The notes under the pieces are model-generated. The model had not been told where the DNA came from, did no database searches, and was given only the letters and a program-made list of their open reading frames with translations. This document shows positions 33,148-36,205 of a DNA stretch of 36,205 nucleotides, piece after piece. Within the stretch, counting starts at the first letter, position 1, and every line of letters starts with the position of its first letter. A program made the position numbers and the translations under genes. The DNA lies in NCBI GenBank assembly GCA_900321775.1, contig ONXE01000001.1, positions 1-36,205 on the forward strand, given 5' to 3'. The stretch is from an uncultured Bacteroidales bacterium. Lineage in GTDB: Bacteria > Bacteroidota > Bacteroidia > Bacteroidales > Paludibacteraceae.

Positions 33148-33704
33148 ACGGTGGTCTCCTCTTTCTTGGGTTCTACATAGAAGGTCTCGTCCTGAGTCAC
33201 CATGATACCGCACTCGGCCATAGCAGTACCCATCGGTATCTGTTTCTTGGTGATGTCGTTCTCAATGAACTCAACAGCCTCCAGTTCGCGGTCAGCCAGC
33301 AGTTTGTCCTTGGCGATTTCCTCGCTGGTGCGCACATAGCCAGGCATGAACTTCTTTACCAGCGTCAGCGCACTCGCCCAGGTAAAGCCCTTCAGGGTCT
33401 TCAATTTCGGTGTGCCGGTGCGGAAGCCGATGGTGCCGTGAGCCATGTCGAGGCTCTTCCTCTTGGTGAACAACTCTGCCTGGTTCTCGGTGGCGAAGCT
33501 CTGGAGCACGTCAAAGGCTTTGTCCTTCTCAGCGCCCAGGGTGGCCAACTTGTCGGCGTACTTCTCACGGATCTTGGCGCACTGCAGTTCTATCTCTGCA
33601 TTGATTTTCTGAATCTGTGCGTCACTCTTCGCATAGGTTGCGAATGCTTCATCAGCGGCCTCGCGGGACACGCCGGTGATAATGGTCTTTTTCTGTCTTG
33701 CCAT
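33144..33704 (-). CDS. gam: Host-nuclease inhibitor Gam (Mu Gam family)
   Basis: 186 aa. ...REAADEAFATYAKSDAQIQKINAEIELQCAKIREKYADKL...HGTIGFRTGTPKLKTLKGFTW...VRTSEEIAKDKLLAD... matches the Mu Gam family pattern throughout. Confidence 0.85.
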   Translation of the reverse strand: MARQKKTIITGVSREAADEAFATYAKSDAQIQKINAEIELQCAKIREKYADKLATLGAEKDKAFDVLQSFATENQAELFTKRKSLDMAHGTIGFRTGTPKLKTLKGFTWASALTLVKKFMPGYVRTSEEIAKDKLLADRELEAVEFIENDITKKQIPMGTAMAECGIMVTQDETFYVEPKKEETTV

Positions 33705-33746
33705 TGTCTCTTGTTTTTTGATTGTTATTATTAGGGTGAACTTAAT

Positions 33747-34229
33747 TTATGCTTGACCCATACCCACCAAAGGCACGGCGATATAGGTTACTTCTTGTCT
33801 GGTATGCTGCGACTCTGTCGCTGCCTCCTGAGCCTTGGCTGGTCTCAAACCGCCCTTGCTCATAATGGCACGCAACTTCACCTGCAGCGCGTCGAGGTCT
33901 TTCACGCCCAACTGGGCGAACTCCTTGCCGGCAATCTTCGGGTTCCTGCAGAAGTCGTTGATGCGCTGCCAGTCGGTGGTGTCGATACCTGCCTTCTGCA
34001 TCAGCTTCAGGCACAGGCTGCGCTTCTTCTTCAGTTGCTCCTTCCAGCCGGTGCGTTCCTCCAGCGAGGCGCACATAGCGTTGTACTCTTTCTGCGTCAT
34101 TTCCTTCAGGCTCGTAGTCCGACCGTCCGTGAAACTCGACACAAGGGTCTCTTTCATATCCTCGGTATTACCGCCTGGCAGACGGTTCAGTGAGGCATAG
34201 AAGCGGTGGTAGTTACTTATCTTTCCCAT
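33747..34229 (-). CDS. GemA/gp16-like protein (DUF1018-type) candidate
   Basis: 160 aa, in the Mu-like position next to gam. TSLKEMTQKEYNAMCASLE and ...DWQRINDFC...FAQLGVKDLDALQVKL fit the two-repeat DUF1018 pattern loosely. Confidence 0.45.
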   Translation of the reverse strand: MGKISNYHRFYASLNRLPGGNTEDMKETLVSSFTDGRTTSLKEMTQKEYNAMCASLEERTGWKEQLKKKRSLCLKLMQKAGIDTTDWQRINDFCRNPKIAGKEFAQLGVKDLDALQVKLRAIMSKGGLRPAKAQEAATESQHTRQEVTYIAVPLVGMGQA

Positions 34230-34530
34230 TTCTGAAACCTGTTAGTCCGTCACACTCCAGTATCTTCACACCGGCATAGAACTTGACATCGGCCTGGCTC
34301 TTTATGCCGTAGGCATCGCGGTTCTTCAGTACATACTCTCTGATTGAGGCCTTCATTTCATTTGCAATGTCCTTACGCCGCTTTGGGGTTACGTCAGCAC
34401 TGGCGAAGCCGATGCTGCTCTTGTAAGTGGTTCGGATGCCAGGTTGTGACACCACAGTGGTCACAGTCACCACTCCCACACAGCAGGGAATGGTAGTCGG
34501 TTTCTTTCGTTTTGTTGCCATAATCTCCAT
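34213..34530 (-). CDS. Hypothetical early-region protein
   Basis: Start taken at MEIMATKRKKP (34530), 1 nt after the stop of the small membrane ORF. 105 aa. No motif recognised. Confidence 0.4.
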   Translation of the reverse strand: MEIMATKRKKPTTIPCCVGVVTVTTVVSQPGIRTTYKSSIGFASADVTPKRRKDIANEMKASIREYVLKNRDAYGIKSQADVKFYAGVKILECDGLTGFRNGKDK

Positions 34531-34531
34531 A

Positions 34532-34711
34532 TCAGTGTTTCCAAACGACTCTCCCGAATTCTTTGGTTCCTTCAATGACACCGGCACCGAAACCGACTAT
34601 TGCCCACACACAACCAATGGCAATGCCGACACAAATGGTAATTGCTACCAGCACCCAGAAAATTGGGTTCCACCACTTAGGGCGGATGGCTTTCTCAATG
34701 TAAACTTTCAT
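34532..34711 (-). CDS. Small membrane protein (59 aa, below the ORF-track cutoff)
   Basis: Hand translation: MKVYIEKAIRPKWWNPIFWVLVAITICVGIAIGCVWAIVGFGAGVIEGTKEFGRVVWKH. Two hydrophobic stretches. It fills the gap between flanking genes exactly. Confidence 0.45.
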   Translation of the reverse strand: MKVYIEKAIRPKWWNPIFWVLVAITICVGIAIGCVWAIVGFGAGVIEGTKEFGRVVWKH

Positions 34712-34729
34712 ATTGCTATCTGGTTAAAA

Positions 34730-35194
34730 TTAAACTTGATTCTTTTCCTTTGCCAGTCTGAATCGTTCCTTCAGCACAACGTCCCAATGGCAGGATTCGC
34801 AACACTCGCCTTCCTCTTTCACTGGGTAGGGGTCATTGCCGTAGCCGTAGAAGGTCTTGCCGCAGATGCAGCACTTGTGTTCCTCGTTGTGTACGTCGTC
34901 TTCCTCAAACATAGGCTTCAGACCGCAACTCGTCGCCACGTCCAATTCCAGCTTCGCACCCTTGCTCACCCACCAGCCCTTCAGCATGTAGATGTACTGG
35001 CACTCCAGCAGCATGTCAATGTCAACTCTCATGTGCTCTCTCCAGTCGCCTGGCTGAGGCAGTCCGTTCTCGAAAGGGTTCATAGGCTCGTAGCCTTGTG
35101 CACGGAGGTGGGTCGCTGCTGCACTGAATGCTGCCTTGCGCTCCTCCAGATCATAGTGCGCTATCGCACCGCTGATGTAAACTTTCTTGCTCAT
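34730..35194 (-). CDS. DUF4406-type (nucleoside 2-deoxyribosyltransferase-like fold) protein with C-terminal Cys-rich zinc-ribbon-like tail
   Basis: MSKKVYISGAI...AAFSAAATHLRAQGYEPMNPFE...CQYIYMLKGWWVSKGAKLELDVA fits the DUF4406 pattern. The tail contains CCICG...CCESC. Confidence 0.55.
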   Translation of the reverse strand: MSKKVYISGAIAHYDLEERKAAFSAAATHLRAQGYEPMNPFENGLPQPGDWREHMRVDIDMLLECQYIYMLKGWWVSKGAKLELDVATSCGLKPMFEEDDVHNEEHKCCICGKTFYGYGNDPYPVKEEGECCESCHWDVVLKERFRLAKEKNQV

Positions 35195-35206
35195 TGTCTC
35201 GCTATT

Positions 35207-35410
35207 TTATTGTTTTACTATGTTCACTTTCTCGGCGGCTCGAAGATAGTTTAGTATTCTCGCTGCATACAGGGGGTCGGTGGTCTCTATCACACGGCAG
35301 CCCTTGGTCTTGGCCATCCGTAGGGTGAGGTCGCACTTGCCGCTGTACATCCAGTCGTCAATCACCATCCCGACATTGTCGCCTTTCACTAATAACTGGT
35401 ACTTATCCAT
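35207..35410 (-). CDS. Hypothetical early-region protein
   Basis: 67-aa ORF, tightly spaced between neighbours. No motif recognised. Confidence 0.4.
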   Translation of the reverse strand: MDKYQLLVKGDNVGMVIDDWMYSGKCDLTLRMAKTKGCRVIETTDPLYAARILNYLRAAEKVNIVKQ

Positions 35411-35414
35411 AGCC

Positions 35415-36035
35415 TCATACGTTATTGGTTGTTCTTAACACGCCTTCTTCCCACACTACGAAACTGTTGCCGGCATCGGGATTGAAACGCCCTTGGCAAT
35501 AGGCTCGGAAACCTACGACCCTTACTTTCACACCGGCACGGTAGCGAAGCCTGACGGCTGGTTTCCCCAACGGTTGCCCTTTGGCTTCCTGACTGATGAA
35601 GATGAAACTCTTCTTCGGGAAGGCTTCAAGCAGGGCTTTCGTTTCCGGCCATTCCCAGCCTGCGTCCTGGAACGAGTCAACGATGATGAACTTCGCGCTG
35701 TGTCGCTTCTTCAGACGCTCTGTCAGGTCTTCCACGGTGTCACTGGTCACCACTCGGAACCAGCCCTGCTTCTTGTCAAGGTCAAACCGCAGCATACGCT
35801 CTTGGAAACTTTGGTTCAGCCCCTCCTCATAACTCAGGTAGAGCACCTGCCCGTAGTGGGTCAGTTCGTAGGCCAGTTGCATCACGAAAGAACTCTTGCC
35901 GCTGGCAGACGCGCCGCTGATGAACCAGGTGGAGTTCTCCTCCGGCAAACCGAAGGATTCTTCCCACCTGCCACCCCACGGCAGCGTCTTGTAGGTCTTC
36001 TTGGCTATTTCTTTCGGGCTGTAGGCTCGTTTCAT
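35415..36035 (-). CDS. P-loop NTPase; by position a MuB-like transposition/replication ATPase candidate
   Basis: Walker A GASASGKSS and Walker B-like KFIIVDSF. 206 aa. The start overlaps the stop of the upstream partial ORF (ATGA). Confidence 0.55.
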   Translation of the reverse strand: MKRAYSPKEIAKKTYKTLPWGGRWEESFGLPEENSTWFISGASASGKSSFVMQLAYELTHYGQVLYLSYEEGLNQSFQERMLRFDLDKKQGWFRVVTSDTVEDLTERLKKRHSAKFIIVDSFQDAGWEWPETKALLEAFPKKSFIFISQEAKGQPLGKPAVRLRYRAGVKVRVVGFRAYCQGRFNPDAGNSFVVWEEGVLRTTNNV

Positions 36036-36205
36036 TTCTTTGGCTCCTTTTCTTTTCTGATAGATACAACTTTGTACTTCAAAAAGCCCCGAATGATATT
36101 GGGATATTTGTGTATTGGGCAGGGGCTCCCTACCTCAACCAGCCAAAGCGGAATATAGGCATCCTTCCATATTTCATTTTGAAACGGACCGGCTTCCTCG
36201 ACAAG
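36032..36205 (-). CDS. 3' end of a gene continuing beyond the window (possibly the transposase, by Mu A-B synteny)
   Basis: Open frame from the window edge: ...LVEEAGPFQNEIWKDAYIPLWLVEVGSPCPIHKYPNIIRGFLKYKVVSIRKEKEPKK, with stop TGA overlapping the ATPase ATG. Function is inferred from gene order only. Confidence 0.35.
   Translation of the reverse strand, partial: LVEEAGPFQNEIWKDAYIPLWLVEVGSPCPIHKYPNIIRGFLKYKVVSIRKEKEPKK

Larger units (their letters stand above)
505..36205 (-). mobile_element. Partial Mu-like transposable prophage (siphovirus-type tail), one terminus near 505, other terminus beyond the right edge of the window
   Basis: Contiguous phage gene set with Mu-family markers (Gam, GemA-like, gp27-like TerS, TerL, DUF935 portal, MuF, gpG-like, gp36-like, protease/scaffold). 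Left flank is a truncated serine recombinase. A TG dinucleotide at 505-506 sits where recombinase homology stops. Two CA(A/C)AACGAAA direct repeats (529-537, 563-571) resemble MuA-type end sites containing CGAAA. Confidence 0.75.

Overview
About 35.7 kb of this 36.2 kb window is one end and most of the body of a Mu-like (transposable) temperate phage with a siphovirus-type tail module. It appears to be inserted into a serine-recombinase gene (junction near 505). The host looks Bacteroidota-like: TAnnTTTG-type promoter boxes, no obvious Shine-Dalgarno use, many ATGA/TGATG overlapping gene junctions. Mu-family markers read from the ORF translations are Gam, a GemA/gp16-like protein, two small Mor-like HTH proteins, a gp27-like small terminase, large terminase, DUF935 portal, MuF head protein, gpG-like morphogenesis protein, protease/scaffold fusion, gp36-like connector, and a P-loop ATPase in the MuB position. 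The layout resembles the DGR-bearing Mu-like Bacteroides phages (Hankyphage group), but I cannot verify identity without alignment. The stand-out system is a diversity-generating retroelement (DGR). It has a DGR-type reverse transcriptase (3101-4405, -), a 113-bp template repeat (4647-4759) and a 113-bp variable repeat (5013-5125). The variable repeat lies at the 3' end of a 2293-aa multidomain tail-fibre gene. All 10 TR/VR mismatches are at TR adenines (coding strand). The DGR is architecturally atypical: no recognisable avd, an RT with a ~100-aa C-terminal extension, its own promoter box in front of TR, and a structured spacer. Other notable items: (1) a canonical C_CCU_UUU -1 frameshift site giving a G/GT-type tail chaperone pair; (2) a minimal thymidylate-synthase-fold enzyme with the Asn->Asp (cytosine-specificity) switch next to a Dam-like methyltransferase at the phage end; (3) a MuF protein carrying a Cys cluster and an AT-rich foreign C-terminal domain (polyvalent/toxin-like); (4) a lysis cassette with a lipoprotein that also has a C-terminal TM helix (u-spanin topology); (5) nested inverted repeats at 2451-2573; (6) a motif-dense divergent control region at 25942-26138. 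No rRNA, tRNA or CRISPR array was seen. All family calls are motif recognition by eye; no database searches were run.
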